Below are positions 17,901 through 24,173 of a stretch of DNA of 32,000 nt, one piece after another; within the stretch, counting starts at the first letter, position 1, and each line of letters starts with the position of its first letter. The stretch comes from Gemmata obscuriglobus. Its GTDB lineage: Bacteria; Planctomycetota; Planctomycetia; Gemmatales; Gemmataceae. The notes under the pieces were generated by a model. It was not told the DNA's origin. It ran no database searches and saw only the letters and a list, made by a program, of their open reading frames with translations. Made by a program: the position numbers and the translations under genes. The stretch is taken from positions 6,900,001 through 6,932,000 of the forward strand of contig NZ_CP042911.1 of NCBI RefSeq assembly GCF_008065095.1, read 5' to 3'.

Positions 17901-18383
17901 ACCGACGCCGAACTGAACGACTGGTTCTTCGGGCGGATGCTCGCGAAGGACGCGGTTCGCAGCGCGTGGTCGCAGAAGCACGGCGAAGCGATGTTCCCCG
18001 CCGACATGGAAACGGAAACCGCCGACGGGCGGATCGTGTGTCGGCCGCGCGGCGCTGCCAAGAGTGAGGCGTTCCCGAACGTGGCGGTCGCTGTTGCGGA
18101 CGGGAAGGTGGCGGCGTTCGCGGCGTTCGCCGAGTGGGTCGGGATCGCCCTTCAAACGGTTCCCAAGAACGCGACGCCGGAAGCCGACGCCGAGGCCCGG
18201 AAAGCGGTCGCATGCGGGGCCGTTGCCGACGCCCTGGGCGTTCCGCGCGAGGGCTGCACCCTACAATCACTCGACGCGAACACCGGCGCCGCGCGGGTGA
18301 CCGCGGGCGGGGCCGCGTTCCGCGTTCAGACGGCCCGTAACAAAGACGCGGTCGTCGCGACCACCCTGTGCGAGCCGGCCTGA
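14997..18383 (+). CDS. PKS subunit: PfaB-like acyltransferase, PKS-type double-hotdog dehydratase, and a degenerate PPTase-like C-terminal domain
   Basis: 1128-aa ORF with ATG at 14997. AT motifs are LLFPGEGAQY, GHSAGELG (Ser codon 15660-15662), MDNCPHQCVAVG and RPYHTPLF. DH has the His codon 16818-16820 in SDHTLGG...LPVLPMT and a second hotdog motif DPVLMDAAMH (17370-17399). The tail (~17790-18383) aligns at motif level to Sfp/AcpS-type PPTases (see findings). The stop overlaps the next start as TGATG. Confidence 0.9.
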   Translation: MTNTLTDSPLPATPPATGWDTVLFVLRGADRAELRARALALVADLERRPDAELVPLAAALAAELQPGGARLAVVAGSRADLLARLTRAADRLGDPKVKQIRDSNGAYYFSEPLAEQGTVALLFPGEGAQYLNMLADLCGVFPEVEDTFAWSDQLSAEAGRPEASLRRMLHLPPSATAEEKAAAEAELRGLGPSIFGVLLADQAIYRVIEHLKVPVAAMAGHSAGELGALLASGAMDTRESHGSRLPDIMEVMQRQEADAGGPDVALLAVGASKQTITEVAEAVAGGAVIVAMDNCPHQCVAVGPTHLVAAVESALAEKGVIAERLPFKRPYHTPLFEPYMGAFRELFAAVPFGGQHTPIYSCSTGALFPSDPDAMRELAVNHWVHPVEFTRLIENMHADGVRLFVECGPRGNLSAFVEDILRGKPFAAIPANVPRKSGPTQINHMVAQLVAHGVELNLGHLFGARDEDPAPGPLTVLVAPANGASVGQREGSGSSADPRQSPPIGPPGERRGAMGRSDFAVHDYLRVMGQFLDTQREVMSAFLGSPFVPSAPAPAADRLVSTEPLPALEPEALPPFCLVETVVHHEPGREIVFRRVLDEREDRYASDHTLGGRGVSREDPGQNGLPVLPMTFSLEAMAEAASLLVPGKVVIGLRNIRLFRWLPLDPETTTLEVRATVAVVDPGTGAVEVRADVRDLGNSFLRDGAGKASAEAVVLLADRYPDPPAPLPFELTGAVPCKSTVEDLRRNMFHGPVFQMIRTLDTTGREGIEGTLEVQSRETWFRSNPDPQFALDPVLMDAAMHILGAWHLEQPDWTGRILLPFEVQKVEYFGPTPQVGAHVLVRGHNEQESARHFRHGLEVFDETGNVWLRLTGAGYWRFYLPFGHVNFFGPKDEYYLSREWAEAAAGNAEFGTRNSEQKTQGNSTPHSAFAKCYFLEPPADLKQPVLRAAGARVTMTPAELDVFGTWTGTDAELNDWFFGRMLAKDAVRSAWSQKHGEAMFPADMETETADGRIVCRPRGAAKSEAFPNVAVAVADGKVAAFAAFAEWVGIALQTVPKNATPEADAEARKAVACGAVADALGVPREGCTLQSLDANTGAARVTAGGAAFRVQTARNKDAVVATTLCEPA
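17713..17785. repeat. Small palindromic, tandem-repeat-bearing element lying in frame inside the PKS2 coding sequence
   Basis: A tandem 14-mer gcggaattcggaac occurs twice (17718-17731 and 17732-17745). An imperfect inverted repeat pairs gaaatgcggaattcgga (17713-17729) with tccgcactccgcatttgc (17768-17785). The segment is visibly lower in G+C than the flanks. It encodes the linker GNAEFGTRNSEQKTQGNSTPHSAFAKC between the DH and the C-terminal domain. Confidence 0.7.
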
Positions 18384-18655
18384 TGCGAACTGCCGACGAA
18401 GTCCTCTCCGCGCTGAGCGACGTGGTACGCCAGACGTTCCCCGACCGCGACTTTCCCGACGCGGTCGATGCGTCCACCCGCGCCTTCGGCGATCTGGGGC
18501 TGGCGTCCATCGACCTCGTCGTGCTGGCCGAGCGGCTGGACGCCCACTTCGGGCGCCGCTTGCCCTTCGGATCGTTCCTGAAGGGACTGCGCGACCGGGC
18601 CGCGGACGACCTCGAACTCGGTGATCTCGTCGCCTTCCTGCAACAACACGTCTGA
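18383..18655 (+). CDS. Discrete acyl carrier protein (phosphopantetheine-binding)
   Basis: 90-aa product starting at the ATG at 18383, which overlaps the PKS2 stop (TGATG, implying translational coupling). The carrier-protein motif is FGDLGLASIDLVVLAERL (Ser in LASID). Size is typical for an ACP. The ORF-track start at 18368 is an upstream GTG. Confidence 0.8.
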   Translation: MRTADEVLSALSDVVRQTFPDRDFPDAVDASTRAFGDLGLASIDLVVLAERLDAHFGRRLPFGSFLKGLRDRAADDLELGDLVAFLQQHV

Positions 18656-18682
18656 TACCGGGCGAAGAGGGAGGGAGCAAAG

Positions 18683-18943
18683 GCAACCTACCCCCCGGCC
18701 CCCTCCCTGAAGGGAGGGGGCCGGGCACGATGGTCCCGAAGCAGAAGGAACGCGCCAAACTTCGCGTTCGCCCGTGTCTTCCTCCCCTCACTTCAGGGAG
18801 GGGGGCCGGGGGTGGGTCCGCTCCGCGCCCCCCTCTCGCGCCGGGACCACTCCTCTCGGCGCCACCCCCTCCCTTCCGCCGGCCCACGGAAGCTCCGCTG
18901 ACCGGGCCGGCGAGCACGGTGAGGGAGCCGGGGGGTAGGTTGC
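18683..18943. repeat. MITE-like ~261-bp element bounded by perfect 17-bp inverted repeats, with GGGAGGGGG hairpins inside
   Basis: gcaacctaccccccggc (18683-18699) is the exact reverse complement of gccggggggtaggttgc (18927-18943). gagggagc directly precedes both ends (18671-18678 and 18921-18928). A degenerate second copy of the cccctccct..agggagggggccgg hairpin lies at ~18781-18812. Confidence 0.7.
18695..18724 (+). terminator. Perfect 13-bp stem, 4-nt loop GC hairpin downstream of the ACP gene (terminator-like, no U-tract)
   Basis: ccggccccctccc (18695-18707), loop tgaa, then gggagggggccgg (18712-18724). It lies 40 nt after the ACP stop. There is no following T-run, so it may only be part of the repeat element. 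Confidence 0.35.
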
Positions 18944-19443
18944 TCCGCGGGGCTCGCGCGGGTTACAACCGCACGGCACCACCTCGACTCGGGCCGCGGC
19001 GTGTTCGGCTGCCATCAGGTTAGTATGGTAGCGCGCCGCGTCGCGCGGGCAACGCGACCAATCCCCTCCGGGCAGCGGGCCTTTCCCGCTCGCGATGTGT
19101 AACGGGGGGGTACAGTGGGGCTAGCGGCAATCGACGGGGGCACAACCGGACGTTCGCGGGTACTTTCGCTGCCGATTCGCTACCCGTTCGCTGGCCGATC
19201 GCTACCACCGAACGGCGCCCGCAAAACCCGGATAATGCTCCCCGGTGAACGAGAGACGGTTTCGGATTTGCTCGGAAATTTCGCTGCAAGACAATGGAAA
19301 ATAAGCACTTGCAGCAAGTTTGGATTTGAGAGGTTTTCGCCCCACGGATAGGGAATCGGCGCCGGTGGTTCTTTCAGAAGCCGTTGGAGCTTCCAGAAGT
19401 GCCGCAACAGACCGGATTGGTACCACACCGCACGTGAGCAGTC

Positions 19444-20280
19444 ATGCCCGAAGTCGAAGTTAACGGCACGCGCCTCTTCTACCAGCAGGACGGCACGGGG
19501 CCGGACGTGGTACTCATCCACGCCGTCACCAGCAACCAGGCCGTGTGGGTGCTGAGCGGGTTGCCCGAGGCGCTCGCGACCGAGTACCGCGTCACCACCT
19601 ACGACATGCGCGGCCACGGAGCCAGCGCCCGGCCCGCCACCGGGTACACGTCCGCGGTGATGGTCGAGGACTTCCGCCAGCTCCACGCCGCACTCGGGCT
19701 CAAGCCCGCGGTGCTGGTCGGTCACAGCTTCGGCGGGGTGGTGGCGATGCACGCCGCGGCCGTCGCGCCCGAGTGCGTCGCCGGCGTGGTCCTCTCGGAT
19801 TCGTTCTTCCCGGGGCTGAAGCACGTCGAACCGAACTTCGGAAAGATGAGCATCTGGGTCGATCTGCGCGAGCAGTTCGCCAAGGTGGGCGTCGAACTCG
19901 GCGAGACGGTGGACTTCTCCCGGCTGTTCCGCGAAACCGCCGCCCTGAGTTCCGCGAAGTTGAAGGAGCTGGAAGACATCTTCGGTCCGTTCGGGCGCGG
20001 GTGGCTGCGTCAGCTCCCGAAGCTCGCGGAAACGACGTGCGGCGAAGAGGTGCTGACCGAGGCTGGGCTGACCGCCGACGTTCTGGCCGGCATCCGTAAA
20101 CCGGTGGTCGCTCTGTACGACGAATTCTCCCCCTTCCTTGCAACGTCGCGTTGGCTAGAACAACACCTTTCGGGGTGTACGGCCGAGATCATTCCGGCCG
20201 CGAAGCACCTCGCGATGTTCGATAACACCGCAGGCTTCACCGATGCCGTCCGACGGCATCTGAAACGCCTGAGCCAATGA
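19444..20280 (+). CDS. Alpha/beta-fold hydrolase (candidate thioesterase or lipase-type release enzyme)
   Basis: 278-aa ORF. The oxyanion-region-like segment is VVLIHAVTSN, the nucleophile elbow is GHSFGG, and a C-terminal His lies in AAKHLAMFDN. It is co-directional with the PKS genes. Confidence 0.8.
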   Translation: MPEVEVNGTRLFYQQDGTGPDVVLIHAVTSNQAVWVLSGLPEALATEYRVTTYDMRGHGASARPATGYTSAVMVEDFRQLHAALGLKPAVLVGHSFGGVVAMHAAAVAPECVAGVVLSDSFFPGLKHVEPNFGKMSIWVDLREQFAKVGVELGETVDFSRLFRETAALSSAKLKELEDIFGPFGRGWLRQLPKLAETTCGEEVLTEAGLTADVLAGIRKPVVALYDEFSPFLATSRWLEQHLSGCTAEIIPAAKHLAMFDNTAGFTDAVRRHLKRLSQ

Positions 20281-20327
20281 GATGAACGGAACTCGTTCAA
20301 CAGGGTGGTGGAGCGGCCCCCCTTTTT

Positions 20328-21062
20328 GTGGGCGTAACCAGTTTCGCACTGGGCTGTTTCACAGTATTCGTCGGCCTGTGGGCGGTGGGCACGTTTCGGA
20401 CGGTTGAGCGGGTCGTTGAGGTTGAGCGAGTGGTCGAGGTCGAGCGGGTCGTCGAGAAGTTGGTCGAGCCGCCGCCCAGCCCAAGCTACGCCGATTTAGT
20501 CGTCACGCTCCGAAACGCGCCAATGGTTTTGGACGGTGATTTTGGTAATTACTTTGTGGAGGAAACGCGCAAAATCCCGGGCGTCGCGCAAGTGTCAGAG
20601 GGTGTCGTCGGCTTGGTGCACGAGATGCGCAGCAACGGAAATGTCAATGATACCCCCTTTATGATCCAGGGATGGCAACCGGATAACTTCTGGTACGGCG
20701 ATCTGAAGGTCACTGCCGGTCGGCGGTTGGAAACCAAGGACCGACACAAAGTGCTGTTGGGCCAAAAGTTGGCCGAAAATCTTCGGAAGGAAGTTGGTGA
20801 CAAAGTCGTCTTCGTCGCCGATCCCGAGCAACCGTATGAAGTGGTCGGCATTTGCAACAGCCTGGACCGTTCCGAAAACTACAGCGCAATCGTTTCGCTT
20901 GCCGACGGACAGGCCCTCACGGGCAAGCGTATAACCGGGTTTAGCGTTCGAGTCGCGGCTGGCATGGCCGACATTGACGCCGTGAAGCAAGCGATCGAGG
21001 CGCTCCGTGACCCGCGTGACACGAACGCACGACTTGAGGCCTTCCGTCCCAACCGGCGCTGA
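20328..21062 (+). CDS. Truncated MacB/FtsX-type permease paralogue: one TM helix plus the periplasmic core domain only, no FtsX TM bundle
   Basis: 244-aa ORF with a GTG start. It has an N-terminal hydrophobic helix (SFALGCFTVFVGLWAVG). The rest aligns residue by residue with the periplasmic domain of the next gene (e.g. VSEGVVGLV.. / VSEGVVSTA.., QGWQPDNF / QGWKPDNF, VADPEQPYEVVG / VADPEHPYTVVA, ADGQALTGKRITGFSVRV / ADGQALTGKRVTGFSIRV, LRDPRDTNARLEA / LRDPKDPTARLDA). It stops exactly where TM2 would begin. Confidence 0.65.
   Translation: MGVTSFALGCFTVFVGLWAVGTFRTVERVVEVERVVEVERVVEKLVEPPPSPSYADLVVTLRNAPMVLDGDFGNYFVEETRKIPGVAQVSEGVVGLVHEMRSNGNVNDTPFMIQGWQPDNFWYGDLKVTAGRRLETKDRHKVLLGQKLAENLRKEVGDKVVFVADPEQPYEVVGICNSLDRSENYSAIVSLADGQALTGKRITGFSVRVAAGMADIDAVKQAIEALRDPRDTNARLEAFRPNRR
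20403..20456 (+). repeat. Codon-aligned 18-bp tandem repeat x3 encoding (VERVVE)x3
   Basis: The units are gttgagcgggtcgttgag, gttgagcgagtggtcgag and gtcgagcgggtcgtcgag, followed by a partial unit aagttggtcgag. The single-copy homologous position in the downstream paralogue reads NVERSVESAF. Confidence 0.9.
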
Positions 21063-21104
21063 ACGGCTCGTTACCCCGCGGCATTATCCCACCGGCTTGT
21101 AGGC

Positions 21105-22274
21105 ATGTATTTCGCAGCTTTTATCCTGAAGAACCTCACGCGGCGCCCCGTCCGCACCGCGCTCACGGTGCTCGGGCTGGCGGTCACCGTCGGGAGCATG
21201 ATCGCGCTGCTCGCCGTCAGCCACAACGTCGAGCGGTCGGTGGAGTCGGCGTTCGACACGCGCCGGGTGGACCTCGTCGTGCTCCAGGCGAACAAGCCGC
21301 TGGGGCTCGACAGCGATTTCCGCGAGTACATGGTCGAGCAGGTGCGGTCCTGGACCGACGTGGTGGACCGGGTGTCGGAGGGGGTCGTCAGCACCGCCAA
21401 CACGATCCGCGACAGCGGGTCGGTGAACGAGAACACGTTCTTGGTCCAGGGCTGGAAGCCGGACAACTTCGGGTTCGAGGACATGGCCCTCCTGTCCGGC
21501 GAGATGCTGAAGGCGGAGGACACACACAAGATCATGCTCGGGGAGAAGCGGGCGAGCGCGATGGGCAAAAAGGTCGGCGACACGGTCACTTTCGTGGCCG
21601 ATCCGGAGCACCCGTACACGGTGGTGGCCGTCTACAAAAGCCCCGTGGTCTTTGAAGACGGCGGGGCGATTGTTCCGTTCGCGGACGGTCAGGCGCTGAC
21701 CGGCAAGCGGGTCACCGGGTTCTCGATCCGGGTCAAGCGCGGCACCGCGGACGGGGCGGCCGAGATCGCCGCCGTGCAGCAGCGGGTCGCCGACCTGCGC
21801 GACCCCAAAGACCCCACGGCTCGGCTCGACGCACAACCGCCCGACAAGTACGTTCAGTCGGTTTCGCAGCTCAAGCTGATCAAGGCCGTGTCGTGGCTGG
21901 TGTCCGCGATCGCGTTCGCGGTCGGCACGATCACCATGCTGAACACGATGGCGATGTCGGTGCTGGAGCGCACGCACGAGATCGGCATCCTGCGGGCGGT
22001 CGGCTGGCCCCGGTCCCGGGTCATCCGCATGATTCTGGGTGAGGCCGCCATGATCGCCTTGGGCGCGACCACGGCAGGGCTGCTGATCGCGTTCGTGGGG
22101 ATGCAGTCGCTCACCCTCTCGCCCAAGGTGAACGGGTTCATCGAGCCGGACCTGTCCCTCATGGTGATCCTGGAGGGGGCGGCGATCACCCTCTTGATCG
22201 GGTTAATCGGCGGCGCGTACCCCGCGTACCGGGCGGCCCGGCTCCTGCCGACGGAGGCGCTGCGCCATGACTGA
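21105..22274 (+). CDS. ABC transporter permease, MacB/LolCE/DevC-type (periplasmic core domain plus FtsX domain)
   Basis: 389-aa ORF. The N-terminus FILKNLTRRPVRTALTVLGLAVTVGSMIAL is TM1. A ~210-aa periplasmic domain follows. The C-terminal FtsX-type three-helix bundle includes LNTMAMSVLERTHEIGILRAVGWPRSRV and ...GGAYPAYRAARLLPTEALRHD. Confidence 0.88.
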   Translation: MYFAAFILKNLTRRPVRTALTVLGLAVTVGSMIALLAVSHNVERSVESAFDTRRVDLVVLQANKPLGLDSDFREYMVEQVRSWTDVVDRVSEGVVSTANTIRDSGSVNENTFLVQGWKPDNFGFEDMALLSGEMLKAEDTHKIMLGEKRASAMGKKVGDTVTFVADPEHPYTVVAVYKSPVVFEDGGAIVPFADGQALTGKRVTGFSIRVKRGTADGAAEIAAVQQRVADLRDPKDPTARLDAQPPDKYVQSVSQLKLIKAVSWLVSAIAFAVGTITMLNTMAMSVLERTHEIGILRAVGWPRSRVIRMILGEAAMIALGATTAGLLIAFVGMQSLTLSPKVNGFIEPDLSLMVILEGAAITLLIGLIGGAYPAYRAARLLPTEALRHD

Positions 22275-22989
22275 CCGCCCCGCCGACTACCTACTCTACG
22301 GCGAGCAACTCGCGAAGACGTACCCCGATGGCGACGTGCGCGCGCTGAACGGCGTAACGCTGGGTGTGCGCGCCGGGCAGCACGTGGCGATCACCGGCCC
22401 GTCCGGGTGCGGCAAATCGACGCTCCTGAACCTGCTCGGGGTGCTCGACACGCCCGTCGCGGGGGAGGTGTACTACCGCGGGGAGCCGCTCTCGAAGTGC
22501 CCGAACCTGAACCACTTCCGCGCCCGGCAGATCGGTTTCGTGTTCCAGTCGTTCTTCCTGATCCCGACGCTGACGGCGAAGGAGAACGTGCAGGTGCCGA
22601 TGTTCGAGGGGCCGGCCCTTTCCGCCCGGGCGCGGGCGAAGAAGGCCGAGGAACTGCTCGAACTGGTCGGGATGAGCAAGCGGGCGAACCACCTGCCGGT
22701 TCAGCTCTCGGTGGGCGAGCGGCAGCGGGTGGCGCTGGCCCGGTCCCTGGCGAACGACCCCGCGATACTGCTGGCCGACGAGCCCACCGGTAACCTCGAC
22801 TCCGACAACGCCGTCAAGGTGCTCGACCTGTTCGCGTCGCTCCAGAAGGCGCGCAACCTCGCGCTCCTGGTGGTCACCCACAGCGACGAGGTGGCCCAGC
22901 GGGCCGACCGCGTGATCCGCATGAAAGACGGGCGCGTGGTGAGCGACTCCGCGAACGGCCGCGCCGCGCCGGCCGGCGGGCCGGGCTGA
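22267..22989 (+). CDS. ABC transporter ATP-binding protein, MacB/LolD/DevA-type
   Basis: 240-aa ORF overlapping the permease stop by 8 nt. Motifs: Walker A GPSGCGKST, Q-loop FVFQSF, signature LSVGERQRVALARSL, Walker B ILLADEPTGNLD, H-loop VVTHS. Confidence 0.92.
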   Translation: MTDRPADYLLYGEQLAKTYPDGDVRALNGVTLGVRAGQHVAITGPSGCGKSTLLNLLGVLDTPVAGEVYYRGEPLSKCPNLNHFRARQIGFVFQSFFLIPTLTAKENVQVPMFEGPALSARARAKKAEELLELVGMSKRANHLPVQLSVGERQRVALARSLANDPAILLADEPTGNLDSDNAVKVLDLFASLQKARNLALLVVTHSDEVAQRADRVIRMKDGRVVSDSANGRAAPAGGPG

Positions 22990-23068
22990 CGGCCGGCGCG
23001 GTTCGCCTTGTCCGCTGGCGGTTGTGGGTTTAATCTCCGGGCGCTCGACGGACCCGGAGGTGAGCCCG

Positions 23069-23830
23069 ATGCGCGTCGCGATTGTGATTCCGGCCCGGTT
23101 CGCGTCCTCGCGACTGCCCGGCAAGCCCCTGCTGAGGGACACCGGCAAGTACCTGATCCAGCACGTTTACGAGCGGGCGTGCGAGGCTAGGTGCGCCGAC
23201 ACGGTGGTCGTGGCGACCGACCACGAAGACATCCGTGCCGCGGTGGCCAGTTTTGGCGGGCGGGTCGCGATGACCCGCGCCGACCACCCGTCCGGCACCG
23301 ACCGCGTGGCGGAGGTCGCCGCGACCCTCACGGCGGACGTGGTCATTAACGTACAGGGGGACGAACCCCAACTGGAACCGGACGCGATCGATCTGCTGGC
23401 CGACCTGATGCGTGACGGGTCCGACATGGCCACCCTGGCGGTGCCCATTCCAGACCTCGAAGCGTATCGCAACCCCAACGTGGTGAAGGTGGTGTGCGAC
23501 GACCGCGGGCGGGCGCTGTACTTCTCACGCTCGCCGATCCCGGCGGTGCGGGACGACGAGCCGGATTTCGCCGCGCGCCCGGCCCGGTTCCTCCAACACC
23601 TCGGTGTGTACGCATACCGCCGCGAGTTCCTGCCGCGAATCGCCGCGACGCCGGCGCACCCGCTGGAACAGTCGGAGAAGCTGGAGCAACTCCGCGTGCT
23701 CGGCACCGGTGGTACGATCAGCGTCGGGGTGGTGGCGCACGCGCACCGCGGGGTCGATACCCCCGCGGACTACGCCGCGTTCGTGCGGTGGTACCGCTCG
23801 GCCGACGGTAGCGCCCGGCGCGCCGCCTGA
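23069..23830 (+). CDS. kdsB: 3-deoxy-manno-octulosonate cytidylyltransferase (CMP-Kdo synthetase)
   Basis: The product is collinear with E. coli KdsB along its length: MRVAIVIPARFASSRLPGKPL, VVATDHEDI, MTRADHPSGTDRVAEV, INVQGDEP, YFSRSPIP, LQHLGVYAYR, LEQLRVL, GVDTPADY. The ATG at 23069 is preceded by ggagg (23056-23060). The ORF-track start at 23024 is an upstream extension. Confidence 0.93.
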   Translation: MRVAIVIPARFASSRLPGKPLLRDTGKYLIQHVYERACEARCADTVVVATDHEDIRAAVASFGGRVAMTRADHPSGTDRVAEVAATLTADVVINVQGDEPQLEPDAIDLLADLMRDGSDMATLAVPIPDLEAYRNPNVVKVVCDDRGRALYFSRSPIPAVRDDEPDFAARPARFLQHLGVYAYRREFLPRIAATPAHPLEQSEKLEQLRVLGTGGTISVGVVAHAHRGVDTPADYAAFVRWYRSADGSARRAA

Positions 23831-23874
23831 CCGCGTGGCCGATCCGTCGGCGGGCGCATAAGTCAGATTCGTCT

Positions 23875-24042
23875 CGACAGGTTCGTGCCGGCGTGCGGCG
23901 CGACGAAAAGGGAAGCCGGTGCGATTCCGGCGCAGGGCCGCTGCTGTGTTCGGCCAGGGTTCGGGCACCCGCCACTGTGATTCGTCATGGGAAGGCCGCC
24001 CGCTGCCCGCTACGAGCCGTAAGCCAGAAGACCTGCCTGTCG
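23875..24042 (+). promoter_or_regulatory. Cobalamin (B12) riboswitch aptamer
   Basis: P1 pairs gacagg (23876-23881) with cctgtc (24036-24041). The conserved core is aaagggaagccggtgcgattccggcgc (~23907-23933). The invariant GCCACTG is at 23971-23977. The B12 box is agccagaagacctgcc (24022-24037). It lies directly upstream of a co-directional three-gene operon, with a ~130-nt expression platform before the aaggag SD (24162-24167). Confidence 0.85.
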
Positions 24043-24173
24043 TTCACCCGTTCGGTGCCTCGGAACCAGGCGACCGGCCGACAGGCGCTCCGTGCGCGTG
24101 CGCACCCGTTTGTCCGCTTTGGCCCCCTCCGCAGGCACCCGGTTCGCCCGTCCCGGCGAACAAGGAGCCGTGC

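Noticed and set aside
14982-18917. Antisense or off-frame ORFs across PKS2, the ACP gene and the repeat region (14982..16562 minus, 15407..16666 plus, 17097..18155 minus, 17650..18510 minus, 18267..18917 minus, 18730..19023 plus)
   Set aside because: They have the same shadow-ORF composition. Those in 18660-19020 are translations of the GGGAGGGG-type palindromic repeats.
14660-19020. Possibility that the repeated GC-rich hairpins form a CRISPR array
   Set aside because: There are no regularly spaced identical direct repeats with unique spacers. The repeats are inverted (palindromic) pairs of different sequence and spacing, and no cas genes are present.
19020-19443. Small ORFs (19020..19289 minus, 19115..19351 plus, 19202..19426 minus) and a possible tRNA or small RNA in the lower-GC gap
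   Set aside because: The ORF translations lack protein-like features and start signals. I could not fold any segment into a tRNA cloverleaf (no T-loop GTTCGAATC-type box). I kept only the generic note on the non-coding gap.
23919-24173. Upstream extensions of the riboswitch-operon ORFs (23919 start of the membrane protein ORF; 24092-24727 part of the 527-aa ORF)
   Set aside because: The first would translate through the cobalamin riboswitch aptamer. The second is an Arg-rich overlap of the membrane gene in another frame. Good SD-plus-GTG starts exist at 24174 and 24728.
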